NCBI GenBank assembly: GCA_001782075.1
Contig: MFNO01000022.1
Span: forward strand, 9,540-73,539
DNA from: Candidatus Levybacteria bacterium RIFCSPHIGHO2_01_FULL_38_26
GTDB lineage: Bacteria > Patescibacteriota > Microgenomatia > Levybacterales > UBA12049
Direction: 5' to 3'
Length of the DNA stretch: 64,000 nucleotides
The position numbers were made by a program, and so were the translations under genes. The notes below the pieces were generated by a model. That model made no database searches and was not told the origin of the DNA. It worked only from the letters and a program-made list of their open reading frames with translations. Below, piece after piece: positions 1 to 9,861 of the stretch (the first letter of the stretch is position 1; every line of letters starts with the position of its first letter).

Positions 1-1084
1 TACCTTGTTTGATATATGGCACAAGAGTACCTGATAGATCGATGTTAAAGGTTGACGCGCCCAGAATATTTTCGATATCAGGGATAAAGACAATTAAGTT
101 ACCAGAATGTGAAATTTCTGTTATAACATTATCCAAGCGCGACTCTAGTTCTCCTTGATTAGTAGATCCTGCTAAAAGCCGATCAACAAGAAGTTGGAAA
201 AATTTTTGATGATAAAGATCCCCTTCAATATTTCCCAGGAAACTTTCAAATGCCAGAGTGTCAACAAGCGATGTTTTTCCACTACCAGGTTCTCCAACAA
301 GAATTGCACTTTTATTTTTATAAAGAAATTCGATCGTTTGCGTATATTCTTTCTCTCTTCCAGAAAGTAGTGGTTTTTCTTGTATGACCTTTCTTGTCAG
401 GTCAAACATGTATTTTTTGGTTTCGATTGTCCAGCCAAAGACCCAATTCTCTCCGATTCCTTCTCCCCAGAATCTGATTCTAATTGGGCGGGGTTTTTCT
501 TCTCGAGGATATGTTTTTCTTGCCCATAGGAGTATGTGAAAAAACTCTTCATTTTTAAGATTTTTGTCAAATAAAAGCTTAGTTTTGTCCTCGGAAAGCA
601 AAATATATGCGGCAAATAGATCCGTAGTTGTTACTGCCTTTCCTTTTGAGTCTTTTGCAAGATCAAAGGCTTTTTTTGCCAACTCTTTAATAGATATGTC
701 GTTGATTAAAGAAATCTCGCTTCTTTTGATGTTTGCTTTTGTCAAAATGAATTGCACTGCCTTTTTACGGACAAGGGTTTTTATCAAACTAGATGTATTT
801 GAAGATGATATTAAAATACCTAAAGCTTCAAGAGTAAAAGAATCATAGATGTTTTTGCTCATAAAAATTGGGGGCGTGATTCTTGAAATTTTAAAATAGA
901 AGAAAACTTCAAAAATTAGAAAAGAAGAGAGTAGAAATCCCGAGTACCGAGAGACGATCGATGAAAACAGTCCAGACGGAAGGTCTATCATTATAAAAAG
1001 CGTTAATACGACAAAAATGCTAAATCTTAGTGTCCTAATTGGGATTAAGTTATAAAAATAGTAAAGCCTTGCGTAATTTATCAT
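1..1084 (-). CDS. ClpA/ClpB-family AAA+ ATPase with hydrophobic N-terminus (partial, runs off left end)
   Basis: Not in the ORF track. Manual translation from ATG at 1084 (MINYARLYYFY...) is in the same frame as Walker A VGEPGSGKTSLV (about 298-263). Two hydrophobic stretches near the N-terminus. Confidence 0.8.
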   Translation of the reverse strand, partial: MINYARLYYFYNLIPIRTLRFSIFVVLTLFIMIDLPSGLFSSIVSRYSGFLLSSFLIFEVFFYFKISRITPPIFMSKNIYDSFTLEALGILISSSNTSSLIKTLVRKKAVQFILTKANIKRSEISLINDISIKELAKKAFDLAKDSKGKAVTTTDLFAAYILLSEDKTKLLFDKNLKNEEFFHILLWARKTYPREEKPRPIRIRFWGEGIGENWVFGWTIETKKYMFDLTRKVIQEKPLLSGREKEYTQTIEFLYKNKSAILVGEPGSGKTSLVDTLAFESFLGNIEGDLYHQKFFQLLVDRLLAGSTNQGELESRLDNVITEISHSGNLIVFIPDIENILGASTFNIDLSGTLVPYIKQG

Positions 1085-1086
1085 AT

Positions 1087-1413
1087 TTATAGAATCAAAA
1101 TAATTGCTCCTATTGGCCAAAAAACGAAACCTAATAGAATAATCAGTTCAGCAGTCAAGAGTAAAAACAGCAAAAGAATATCCGTTAGGATTACAAAAGT
1201 TTTGATAAACACTGCCATGCCGATCGAAAATCCAACCAAGCCTTCTCTGTACTCATTTTTCCATGGTTTAAAATATGTTTTTATTAGCAAAGGCAAAGAA
1301 AATAATTGGAGAAAGGATTTGTTTACAGAAGTAAAATAATTAACAAGCCCAATTGGAGCCTCAAAAAACCAAAATTTAAGAAAAGCCAAAGGTAGGGTTG
1401 TTAAATAAAACAT
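1087..1413 (-). CDS. small membrane protein upstream of the Clp ATPase
   Basis: 108 aa, hydrophobic; GAGGAG directly before ATG; 2-nt gap to the downstream gene. Confidence 0.7.
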   Translation of the reverse strand: MFYLTTLPLAFLKFWFFEAPIGLVNYFTSVNKSFLQLFSLPLLIKTYFKPWKNEYREGLVGFSIGMAVFIKTFVILTDILLLFLLLTAELIILLGFVFWPIGAIILIL

Positions 1414-1454
1414 CTCCTCTTTAGTATAGGAAGTTTAGTATCAAAATACAAACC

Positions 1455-2888
1455 TTATATTCTCGGAAACAAAGGTTTTTGGGAGGTGATTTTTGGACCT
1501 TTAAATTGTTTTTCAATCTTCTCCGCAGTTTCGGGAAGGAAAGGTTTTAGCTCGTTTGCTATGTCGATGATCTTGTCAACATATCTAAATAATATATCTT
1601 TGAGCTTTTCATCGTCTGATACTCTCCAGGGTTCCTCATCGTTAATTATTCCATCGGTAATTCTAATATTACTCCAGATGTTGGATAGGGCATTTGAAAA
1701 ATTATAATCAAATCCAAATGATGTGTTAGGCTGTTTGAATTTAGAATGATTGCTTGGTTTATTATTGGGAAATTGATAGTTTATCCTTTCGCATAATTTA
1801 GCAACGCGGGCGACTAAATTTCCGAGTCCGTTTGCTAAATCTGCATTGTAGACTTCTTTAAACCTGCTTTCTGAAAAATCTCCGTCCTCAAAAGGGGAGA
1901 TTTCTTTTAATAGATAATAGCGAAGTGCGTCGGTACCATATTTTTCAATTAAATCTAGCGGATCTATAACATTCCCTAATGTTTTACTCATTTTTTGACC
2001 ATCGACAGTAAGATATCCATGAACGAAGAGTTTTTTTGGGGGGGTAAGTTTCGCCGAGAGAAGAAATGCAGGCCAGTATATTGCGTGGAACCTTAGAATT
2101 CCTTTTCCAATCACATGCAAATCAGCAGGCCACCATTTTTTGTATTTTTCCGTGTCTAGTGCAAATCCAATACCGCTTTGGTAAATATTTAGAGCGTCAA
2201 ACCAGACATACATTCTCTGCGTAGGATCATTGGGAACTGGGACACCCCAGTTTTTTGCCCTTTCATTTGAGCGGGAAATACTTATGTCTTTTAAACCTTG
2301 TTTAACAAATGAGAGAGCTTCATTTTTTCGCTTTTGCGGAATAATTTTAAGCTTATCTGTTTCGATCAGCTTTTCAATATCGTTTTGGTATTTTGACAGT
2401 TTGAAAAAGTAATTTGTTTCTGTTACTTCATCCAGTTTTTTCCCAGGGTGCTCAAAACATTCGCCTTTTTCGTTAAGCTCTTCTTTTTCGTAGAATAACT
2501 CGCATCCTACGCAATAAAGCCCTGTATATTCCTTTTTATAAATATCTCCATTTTTGTTGCATAACTCCCATAACTTCTGAGAAGAAGAATGATGCTTTGC
2601 ATCACTTCCTTTTTGAAAAACATCAAAGTGCACATTTAGTTTTTGGGCTAAATCCGCAAACAGCTTGCTGTTTTTTTCTACAAATTGCTGTATGGGTATT
2701 TTTTCTTTTTCCGCTGCTTGGACGTTTTTGAGCGCATTTTCATCTCCTCCTGAGAGAAGAAGAGTGTCGTCGCCTAGTATTTTGTGATAACGAGTTATAA
2801 CATCAGCTTGTACAAATTCTAATGCATGACCGATATGAGGCTTTGCATTTACATAAGGAATTGCGGTTGTTATATAAAATTTAGCCAT
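1455..2888 (-). CDS. metG: methionyl-tRNA synthetase (short form)
   Basis: HIGH and KMSKT motifs, YITTAIPYVN, YVWFDAL, Zn-knuckle CVGC. Confidence 0.97.
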   Translation of the reverse strand: MAKFYITTAIPYVNAKPHIGHALEFVQADVITRYHKILGDDTLLLSGGDENALKNVQAAEKEKIPIQQFVEKNSKLFADLAQKLNVHFDVFQKGSDAKHHSSSQKLWELCNKNGDIYKKEYTGLYCVGCELFYEKEELNEKGECFEHPGKKLDEVTETNYFFKLSKYQNDIEKLIETDKLKIIPQKRKNEALSFVKQGLKDISISRSNERAKNWGVPVPNDPTQRMYVWFDALNIYQSGIGFALDTEKYKKWWPADLHVIGKGILRFHAIYWPAFLLSAKLTPPKKLFVHGYLTVDGQKMSKTLGNVIDPLDLIEKYGTDALRYYLLKEISPFEDGDFSESRFKEVYNADLANGLGNLVARVAKLCERINYQFPNNKPSNHSKFKQPNTSFGFDYNFSNALSNIWSNIRITDGIINDEEPWRVSDDEKLKDILFRYVDKIIDIANELKPFLPETAEKIEKQFKGPKITSQKPLFPRI

Positions 2889-2929
2889 GGCATAATTATA
2901 ACAGGGCTTGAGCCTATAAACAAACCAAA

Positions 2930-3268
2930 TTATTTTTTGTGATTCGAAAATAGGAGCTCGAGGACGAAGAAGAGGGCTACAAGAAGTAATAGAAAAAAGA
3001 AATGGGTTAAGTTATAAAAGCGGAGAAGTAAATAGAAGACTATAGCAAGAGCAATAAGAAGACCTCTTCTAGAATTATTTAAAATATAAGCAGAGAGAGA
3101 AAAAGTAGATAGGAATACAAGAATAAAGAAGAATGGAATAGTTGTAAGTTGTAAGCCGTAAGAATTAAGCTTTTGTGTAGGGTCTGAGTTCATTATTAAA
3201 TAACTCAAAGAAGCAAAGGATATAAGGCTAAAAATCAAAAGAAGAAGTGGTCTTTTGCGGCGGCGCAT
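2930..3268 (-). CDS. hypothetical 4-TM membrane protein
   Basis: Hydrophobic ORF; start reassigned to ATG 3268 (MRRRKRP), 8 nt after TGtTAAACT. Confidence 0.6.
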   Translation of the reverse strand: MRRRKRPLLLLIFSLISFASLSYLIMNSDPTQKLNSYGLQLTTIPFFFILVFLSTFSLSAYILNNSRRGLLIALAIVFYLLLRFYNLTHFFFLLLLVALFFVLELLFSNHKK

Positions 3269-3300
3269 ATACATCCAGTTTAACACAATAAAAAAGGGAC

Positions 3301-3337
3301 TTGACAAGCCTTAGCACTCATGCTATATTAGTGCTAA
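3301..3337 (+). promoter_or_regulatory. sigma70 promoter overlapped by a CIRCE operator (HrcA site)
   Basis: TTGACA 3301-3306, 17-nt spacer, -10 TATATT 3324-3329 preceded by TG; TTAGCACTC-N9-TAGTGCTAA at 3311-3337 (1 mismatch to CIRCE). Confidence 0.93.
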
Positions 3338-3413
3338 CCCTGCTGCATGCCTTCTTTCTTATGATCGCAATATGGTGTCATAAGAAGGGGCATGTGCAAG
3401 GGAGATTGAATTT

Positions 3414-4145
3414 ATGCACGATTTAACACAAAGACAAGTTGAGATATTAAAAAATCTTATTGAAGAATATATTGAAACTGCAGAGCCCGTTGGATCTGAA
3501 ACTTTGGAAAAGAAACATAATCTAAGCGCATCTCCTGCGACTATCAGAAATGAGATGGTTAGGCTAACCAAACTTGGCTATATCAAAAAGCCTCATGCTT
3601 CGGCCGGTCGTATTCCAACTTCAAGCGGTCTTAAGTTTTATGTCAAACAGCTCATGCGCGAGAAAGAACCTTCGATTGTAGAAAGCGTTGCTCTAAAAGA
3701 AAAAATGTGGAACCTCAGAGATAAAGAAACCCATTTCTTAAAAGAGCTAACAAAATCTCTTGCTGACAAGACCAAGGCCCTGGCAATCTCTTCTGCAAAT
3801 GAAGGAGATATTTATTGTTCAGGCTACGCAAATATTTTGGATATTCCTGAATTTTTTGATATAGACGTTACCAAAAATCTCTTGAGCGTGATTGATGAAT
3901 TTGAGTATTTTGATAATCTATTTTCAAACGTGATAGAAGATGAAGATGTTCATGTTCTTTTAGGAGAGGAGTTGGGTCCAAGGCTTCAGGGTCCATATGG
4001 ATTTGTTTTCACGCGCTACCAAACACCTATGCGAATGTCTGGAGAAATTGGCGTGTTGGGACCGGCAAGGCTTAATTACACACATATTATTCCAACAGTT
4101 AGATATTTTGGAGATCTTATTGAGGAAGCAGCTAAAGGCTGGTAG
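3414..4145 (+). CDS. hrcA: heat-inducible transcription repressor HrcA (short form)
   Basis: EPVGS..L, SPATIRNEM, PHASAGRIPT, GVLGPARLNY; CIRCE upstream. Confidence 0.95.
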   Translation: MHDLTQRQVEILKNLIEEYIETAEPVGSETLEKKHNLSASPATIRNEMVRLTKLGYIKKPHASAGRIPTSSGLKFYVKQLMREKEPSIVESVALKEKMWNLRDKETHFLKELTKSLADKTKALAISSANEGDIYCSGYANILDIPEFFDIDVTKNLLSVIDEFEYFDNLFSNVIEDEDVHVLLGEELGPRLQGPYGFVFTRYQTPMRMSGEIGVLGPARLNYTHIIPTVRYFGDLIEEAAKGW

Positions 4146-4188
4146 TTCATGAGAAAATAAAAGATGGAAAGCAGAAAGTAGAAATGTA

Positions 4189-4689
4189 ATGGACAAAAAC
4201 GGATCAAAAACAAAAAAAAGCGATAAAATTGAAAAAACAGAAGTCGATGAGTCGCTAAAAAAAATTGAAGATTTAGAAAATAAATACAAGAGGGCGATTG
4301 CTGATTATCAGAACCTTGATAAAAGAGTATCAGAGGAAAGAAAAGAATGGGTGCAAAAAAGCAATAGAGAATTACTCTTGCGTCTTTTGCCTGTTTTGGA
4401 TACACTAGTGTTGGCTTCAAAACATAGTAAAGACCAGGGTGTAGCTTTAAGTGTCCAGCAATTTCTGGATGTTCTAAAGCTTGAAGGCGTAGAAAAAATT
4501 GAGACTATAGGCAGGAATTTTGACCCTTACATAATGGAATGTGTTGATACGTTAGAAGGAGAAGCGGATAAAGTTTTGGAAGAATTTAGAACTGGGTATA
4601 CTTTACACGGGCAGTTACTCAGAAGCGCTCAGGTAAGGGTAGGAAAGAAAGGAAGAGATTCTTCTCCGCAAAAGGCGGGATTAGAATGA
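4189..4689 (+). CDS. grpE: nucleotide exchange factor GrpE
   Basis: RAIADYQN, FDP, GYTLHGQLLRSAQV; lies between hrcA and dnaK. Confidence 0.95.
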   Translation: MDKNGSKTKKSDKIEKTEVDESLKKIEDLENKYKRAIADYQNLDKRVSEERKEWVQKSNRELLLRLLPVLDTLVLASKHSKDQGVALSVQQFLDVLKLEGVEKIETIGRNFDPYIMECVDTLEGEADKVLEEFRTGYTLHGQLLRSAQVRVGKKGRDSSPQKAGLE

Positions 4690-4691
4690 CA
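4655..4691 (+). repeat. REP-like half element overlapping the grpE 3' end
   Basis: GAGATTCTTC-CCGC/GCGG hairpin-ATGACA; resembles GAGATCCTTC..ATGACA at 6731-6758. Confidence 0.55.
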
Positions 4692-4704
4692 TTGAAGGAG
4701 AATT

Positions 4705-6663
4705 ATGGGAAAAATAATTGGAATTGATTTAGGTACTACAAACTCATGCGTAGCTGTGATGGAGGGTGGAGAGCCCAAGGTGATTCACTCGGCAGAGGGT
4801 CGCAATGTTATTCCATCGGTAGTTGATCCGATATCGCATGTTGTTGGTGATGTCGCAAAGCGACAGTTGGTTCTAAAACCAAAGAGAACCATTTTTTCAA
4901 TAAAAAGACTGATGGGACGAAAATTCACGGATCCCTCCGTGCAGTTTGACATGAAATGGTTGCCCTATACGATTAAATCGGGTCGAGACGGAATGGCTGT
5001 TGTTGAAGTTGAGGGTCGCACTTTTACCCCGCAGGAAGTTTCGGCTCAGATTTTGCAAAAGATAAAAGCAGACGCGGAGAGCTATTTGGGGGGAAAGGTG
5101 ACGCAAGCTGTTATTACTGTTCCTGCTTATTTTGACGATTCGCAGAGACAAGCTACAAAGCAGGCAGGGGAAATAGCAGGGCTTGAAGTGCTTCGGATTA
5201 TTAACGAACCCACAGCATCAGCTCTCGCGTATGGACTTGACAAGAAAAACGCGCATACGGTGGCTATATATGATTTGGGCGGCGGGACATTTGATATATC
5301 TGTTCTTGAGCTTGGGGAAGGAGTTTATGAAGTAAAATCTACCAATGGAGACACCCATTTGGGCGGAGATGATTTTGACCAGGTAATTATCAATCATATC
5401 GCTGAAGAGTTTAAGAAAGAAAATAACGTTGATTTGAGAAAAGATCCTCAGGCTTTGCAAAGACTTAGAGAATCTGCTGAAAAAGCAAAGATTGAATTAT
5501 CAAGCAGTCAAGAAGCTCAAATCAATCAGCCATTTATTACACAGGGAAAAGAAGGGCCGTTGCATCTCACAATGTCATTAGGAAGGGCAAAGCTTGAGCA
5601 GTTGGTTGACAATCTTGTTCAAAAAACTCTTGAGCCGGTTAAACAAGCACTTAAAGATGCAAAGATTGAGAAAGATAAGATTGATGAAGTGGTCTTGGTT
5701 GGCGGAATGACGAGAATGCCCAAAATTGTTGATACTGTCACTAAGTTTTTTGGCAAAGAGCCAAATAAATCAGTAAATCCCGACGAGGTTGTGGCTGTAG
5801 GCGCTGCTGTTCAGGGTGGAGTTTTGGGAGGAGAAGTCAAAGATGTCCTGCTTTTGGACGTAACTCCTTTGACTCTTGGAATAGAGACACTGGGCGGAGT
5901 CTCAACGCCTCTTATTGAAAAAAATGCAACCATTCCTACTTCAAAATCTCAAATTTTCTCAACTGCGGGGGATAGCCAGACTCAAGTTGAGATAAACGTA
6001 TTGCAAGGAGAGAGACCAATGGCTATGGATAACAAATCTTTGGGTAGATTTATCCTAAGCGGAATTCCGCCATCTCCTCGTGGTGTTCCTCAAATTGAAG
6101 TAACATTTGATATAGACGCAAGCGGAATTTTGAACGTAAAAGCGCAGGATAAAGCAACAGGAAAGGAACAAAGTATTAAAATTACAGGATCAACGGGACT
6201 TACAAAGGATGAGATTGAGAAAATGAAAAGAGATGCAGAGGAGCATGCAAAAGAAGATACAGAGAAAAAGGGAAAAATTGAGGCAAAAAATACAGCAGAT
6301 TCTCTCATATTTACCGCGGAAAAAACACTTAAAGACGCGGGAGATAAAGTTGCTGGGGATGTAAAAAAAGAAGTTGAGGATAAAATCTCTGCACTTAAGG
6401 CTGTTCTTGAGACCGGTACAAAAGAAGATTTGGAAGCAAAGAGCAAAGATTTATCAGACAGTCTTCAAAAAGTCGGACAGGCAATGTATTCTTCAGGGGG
6501 GTCAGCCCAAGGTCAATCCGATCAGACAGAAGGACAACAAGCAGGCGATTCCCAACATACTACAGATTCCGCAGGACCTGACACCGCAAATGGAGAGAAA
6601 AAAGATAAAAAAGCAAATGGTAAAAAGTCAGAGGAGCCGGTTGAGGGAGAAGTCGTAGAATAA
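4705..6663 (+). CDS. dnaK: chaperone DnaK
   Basis: [35 protein letters not shown]. Confidence 0.99.
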   Translation: MGKIIGIDLGTTNSCVAVMEGGEPKVIHSAEGRNVIPSVVDPISHVVGDVAKRQLVLKPKRTIFSIKRLMGRKFTDPSVQFDMKWLPYTIKSGRDGMAVVEVEGRTFTPQEVSAQILQKIKADAESYLGGKVTQAVITVPAYFDDSQRQATKQAGEIAGLEVLRIINEPTASALAYGLDKKNAHTVAIYDLGGGTFDISVLELGEGVYEVKSTNGDTHLGGDDFDQVIINHIAEEFKKENNVDLRKDPQALQRLRESAEKAKIELSSSQEAQINQPFITQGKEGPLHLTMSLGRAKLEQLVDNLVQKTLEPVKQALKDAKIEKDKIDEVVLVGGMTRMPKIVDTVTKFFGKEPNKSVNPDEVVAVGAAVQGGVLGGEVKDVLLLDVTPLTLGIETLGGVSTPLIEKNATIPTSKSQIFSTAGDSQTQVEINVLQGERPMAMDNKSLGRFILSGIPPSPRGVPQIEVTFDIDASGILNVKAQDKATGKEQSIKITGSTGLTKDEIEKMKRDAEEHAKEDTEKKGKIEAKNTADSLIFTAEKTLKDAGDKVAGDVKKEVEDKISALKAVLETGTKEDLEAKSKDLSDSLQKVGQAMYSSGGSAQGQSDQTEGQQAGDSQHTTDSAGPDTANGEKKDKKANGKKSEEPVEGEVVE

Positions 6664-6674
6664 GATCTTAGGGT

Positions 6675-6758
6675 TGTCATTCTGATCCTGAGCTTGTCGA
6701 AGGAGAAGAAGCTCGAACGAAGCTCGACGAGAGATCCTTCACCTCCTTCATGATGACA
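6675..6758. repeat. REP-like palindromic element (TGTCAT...ATGACA) with internal CCTGAGCTTGTCGAAGG core
   Basis: Terminal inverted ends TGTCAT/ATGACA; 13-nt core TGAGCTTGTCGAA also at 58260-58272. Confidence 0.75.
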
Positions 6759-6766
6759 GAGGAAAG

Positions 6767-6788
6767 AGAGCGCGATTAGCGCTTTTTT
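6767..6788 (+). terminator. intrinsic terminator after dnaK
   Basis: AGAGCGC-GATTA-GCGCTTT followed by a T run. Confidence 0.6.
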
Positions 6789-6802
6789 AGTATAATAAAC
6801 AC

Positions 6803-7723
6803 ATGGCAACAGCAAATGACTATTACAAAATACTGGGAGTGTCTAAAAGCGCATCTAAGGAGGAGATAAAGAAGGCGTATCGAAAGCTTGCCCTTGAACA
6901 TCACCCGGATCGAAACAAATCTAAAGATGCGGCTGAGAAATTCAAGGAAGTAAATAAGGCTTACGAAGTTTTGTCTGATCCTCAAAAGAGACAAACTTAT
7001 GATCAGTTTGGCCATGCCGCATTTGAGCAGGGTGCCGGTCAGGGCCCTTTTGGAGGAGCAGGAGGACCATTCGGCGGTGCTGGGGGCGGGCAGACACGAG
7101 GCGGTCAATACGGGCCGTTTACTTATACATATACATCATCCGGTGGGGATGGTGGAGCAAATTATGACTTTGGAGGATTTTCGGATCCGTTTGAAATATT
7201 TGAGCAATTTTTTGGAGGCGGTTCGACTTTTGGCGGTCGACAAAGAAGGTCAACTTACTCTTTGTCTATAGATTTTATGGAGGCAATACGGGGTGTTGAG
7301 AAGAGGGTTACAATCGATGGTAAGACACAGACAATAAAAATTCCAGCAGGAGTTGATGATGGCTCCAGGATCCGTTTCGGAAATTATGATGTTGTTTTGG
7401 ATGTCCGACCGGACCTAAGATTTAGAAGAGAGGGATCAGATATTGTTTCTGAGAAGGAGGTATCTTTTTCTCAGGCTGCTTTGGGGGATACGGTTGAGGT
7501 AGAGACGATAGATGGAGGGGTAAAACTTAGAGTGCCTGCCGGCTCCCAGCCAAATACAATCATTAGACTACGCCAAAGAGGAGTGACTCGACTTAGCGGT
7601 GGTGGACGGGGAGACCATTATGTAAGAATTAAAATAGTTGTCCCGAAGAATTTGTCTCGTCGTCAAAAACAACTGCTTGAAGAATTTCAAAAAGAAAACT
7701 CTTCGAGAAAGGGGTGGTTTTAA
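6803..7723 (+). CDS. dnaJ: DnaJ-class (type II, no Zn finger) co-chaperone
   Basis: J domain with HPD, G/F-rich region, C-terminal domain; no CxxCxGxG repeats. Confidence 0.9.
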   Translation: MATANDYYKILGVSKSASKEEIKKAYRKLALEHHPDRNKSKDAAEKFKEVNKAYEVLSDPQKRQTYDQFGHAAFEQGAGQGPFGGAGGPFGGAGGGQTRGGQYGPFTYTYTSSGGDGGANYDFGGFSDPFEIFEQFFGGGSTFGGRQRRSTYSLSIDFMEAIRGVEKRVTIDGKTQTIKIPAGVDDGSRIRFGNYDVVLDVRPDLRFRREGSDIVSEKEVSFSQAALGDTVEVETIDGGVKLRVPAGSQPNTIIRLRQRGVTRLSGGGRGDHYVRIKIVVPKNLSRRQKQLLEEFQKENSSRKGWF

Positions 7724-7725
7724 CC

Positions 7726-8091
7726 ATGCAAAAAATTATTCCAACCATATATTTTTATTTATTAAGCGCGGTTGGGATGGTTTTGATTATTATTGGATTG
7801 TTTAATTCAACGCATTATATCGTTGGAGTTACTGCTTATGATAAATATCCTTTGGGCTACAGCCCTGAATCCAGATGTGAATTTACGCCAAAACCAGTCT
7901 TGCTTGAGGGACAGACAGAAGTAGAATCCAGCCCTGAAGATCTACAAAAATCAAAGGACGAGTGTTTAAAAAGCGTTGAAGAAGAGCGAAGAAATAAAAA
8001 GGTAGATGATTTGGAGAAATCAATAACCTTTACCGCAATTGGTCTTTTGGTATTCGGCGCCCACTTCTACTTCGCCCGCCGCCGGGAATGA
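7726..8091 (+). CDS. hypothetical 2-TM membrane protein
   Basis: Terminal hydrophobic helices flank a loop with a Cys pair; start taken at ATG 7726. Confidence 0.7.
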   Translation: MQKIIPTIYFYLLSAVGMVLIIIGLFNSTHYIVGVTAYDKYPLGYSPESRCEFTPKPVLLEGQTEVESSPEDLQKSKDECLKSVEEERRNKKVDDLEKSITFTAIGLLVFGAHFYFARRRE

Positions 8092-8094
8092 GCT

Positions 8095-8244
8095 TTAGCG
8101 CAACGCAACTGGAATAGTTATCCCAAGATCCATAAGCTTCTTAAATTGTTCTTTCCCAATCTTCAAAAGCAAGTCTTGCTTAAAATATGCTAGATCGTTT
8201 TTCACTTTTTTCTTATTTAACAAAAAGAATTTCATAAGCTTCAT
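8095..8244 (-). CDS. small hypothetical protein (49 aa)
   Basis: Manual translation MKLMKFFLLNKKKVKNDLAYFKQDLLLKIGKEQFKKLMDLGITIPVALR; TACAAT 9 nt upstream. Confidence 0.4.
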   Translation of the reverse strand: MKLMKFFLLNKKKVKNDLAYFKQDLLLKIGKEQFKKLMDLGITIPVALR

Positions 8245-8415
8245 ACTAATATTATTGTAATTCCTGAAGTCTTAGGTATATAAAAAATCCAACTGCAATT
8301 CCTGTAAGCATAACTGTTTCCATAATAAAATCATTTTCTTTTATAGGTTTAAATATTTGATGAATTGAAGGTAAGAAATATGAAAGAAATTAAGCGTATT
8401 CTAAAGCTAAGAGGG

Positions 8416-8979
8416 TTAGTTGCTTTCTTTCCATTTAATACTGCAGCCGGAGCTTGGTTTTTGGTTATCGGTTACCGATTCATCGTTTAAAACATTGTCG
8501 ATTGCGTTTCTGAGGTCATGTCCGTCGGTTGGGAAGTTATTTCCGGGTCTGCTGTCGTCAAGCTGTCCTCTGTAGGCTAATTTTCTTTCTTTGTCAAAAA
8601 GGAAAAAGTCCGGAGTGCAGACGGCAGTGTATTCTTTTGCGACTGCTTGTGTTTCGTCAAACAATAATGGGAAGGTAAATCCTTCTTCTTCTGCCATTTC
8701 TCTAAGACTTTCCGGCGCGTCTTGCGGATAGCTTGCCGGATCATTAGAGCTTATCGAAACAATTCCTATGTCTTTATCCTTGTAATCTTTCCCTATTCTT
8801 GCCAGCTCTTCTTTAACATGCTGCACATACGGGCAATGTCTGCAGATAAACATTACAAGAAGCGCCTTTTTGTTTTTGAATGTGTCCAATGAAACATTTT
8901 GTCCAGATACAACATCAGTCAAACTAAAATCAGGCGCTTTGGTTCCAAGCGTTAACATGGTAGACTGCATCAGTGCCAT
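8416..8979 (-). CDS. AhpC/TSA thioredoxin-fold redoxin
   Basis: APDFSL, CRHCPYV, CTPDFFLFD, YRGQLDD, GCSIKW. Confidence 0.9.
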   Translation of the reverse strand: MALMQSTMLTLGTKAPDFSLTDVVSGQNVSLDTFKNKKALLVMFICRHCPYVQHVKEELARIGKDYKDKDIGIVSISSNDPASYPQDAPESLREMAEEEGFTFPLLFDETQAVAKEYTAVCTPDFFLFDKERKLAYRGQLDDSRPGNNFPTDGHDLRNAIDNVLNDESVTDNQKPSSGCSIKWKESN

Positions 8980-9066
8980 AATATTTTATATAAAATAGCA
9001 CATATCTTTTTTTAAAACAACCCTTAAATTATTGTTTCTGTAATATATAATTGGTAGTATTTTATT

Positions 9067-9861
9067 ATGATTGATGTTCATTGTCATTTAAATTTTCACG
9101 CATTTGAGAAGGATTACGAGAAGGTAATCAATAGTGCATATGATGCTGGGGTTACGAAGATTATTAATGTTGGGACCAAGATTGATTCGAGTCAAAAAGC
9201 AGTAGAGCTTGCAAGGAATTACGAAAACCTGTTTGCTATTGTCGGTGTTCATCCTCATCATGCAGACAAAATTGAAAGTGGATGGGAAGCTGAACTGGAA
9301 AAATTAGCCAAAGATACTAAAGTGGTTGGGATTGGGGAGTGCGGGATGGATTATTATAGATATAAATCAAACGATATCGTTGACCCAAAGGTTCAAAAAG
9401 AAATTTTTATAAAACAGATTGAACTTGCTTATAAACTTAAATTACCTCTACAAATTCACAATAGACATGCAGGCAAAGATATCCTCGATATAATCATAAA
9501 TCATAAATCATATCTTTCAGATCCTCCAGGGATGTTTCACTGCATGTCAGGAGATATTGATTTTTTAAAAAAAGTTCTTGATTTAGGTTTTTATGTTGGT
9601 TTTGATGGAAACATAACTTACAAAGGCATTGCGCCTGGAGAAAATACAGAGCTTAAAGACTTGGTTAAGTACGCTCCGCTTGATAGGATTGTCACAGAGA
9701 CAGACAGCCCTTTTTTAACCCCGCAGCCAAAACGAGGTAGCAGAAACATGCCAGAAAATGTTATAATTATAGGTAGGTTTATTGCGCAAATAAATGGATT
9801 GACATTGGGGCAAGTTGAGGAGCAAACAACAAAAAACGCGCACAATGTTTTTAAACTATGA
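9067..9861 (+). CDS. tatD: TatD-family metal-dependent nuclease
   Basis: DVHCHL, GVHPH, IGECGMD, IHNR, ETDSPFL. Confidence 0.93.
   Translation: MIDVHCHLNFHAFEKDYEKVINSAYDAGVTKIINVGTKIDSSQKAVELARNYENLFAIVGVHPHHADKIESGWEAELEKLAKDTKVVGIGECGMDYYRYKSNDIVDPKVQKEIFIKQIELAYKLKLPLQIHNRHAGKDILDIIINHKSYLSDPPGMFHCMSGDIDFLKKVLDLGFYVGFDGNITYKGIAPGENTELKDLVKYAPLDRIVTETDSPFLTPQPKRGSRNMPENVIIIGRFIAQINGLTLGQVEEQTTKNAHNVFKL

Noticed and set aside
397-848. Track ORFs 397-615 (-) and 564-848 (+)
   Set aside because: Shadows of the Clp-type ATPase frame (1084 to <1), which carries the Walker A motif.
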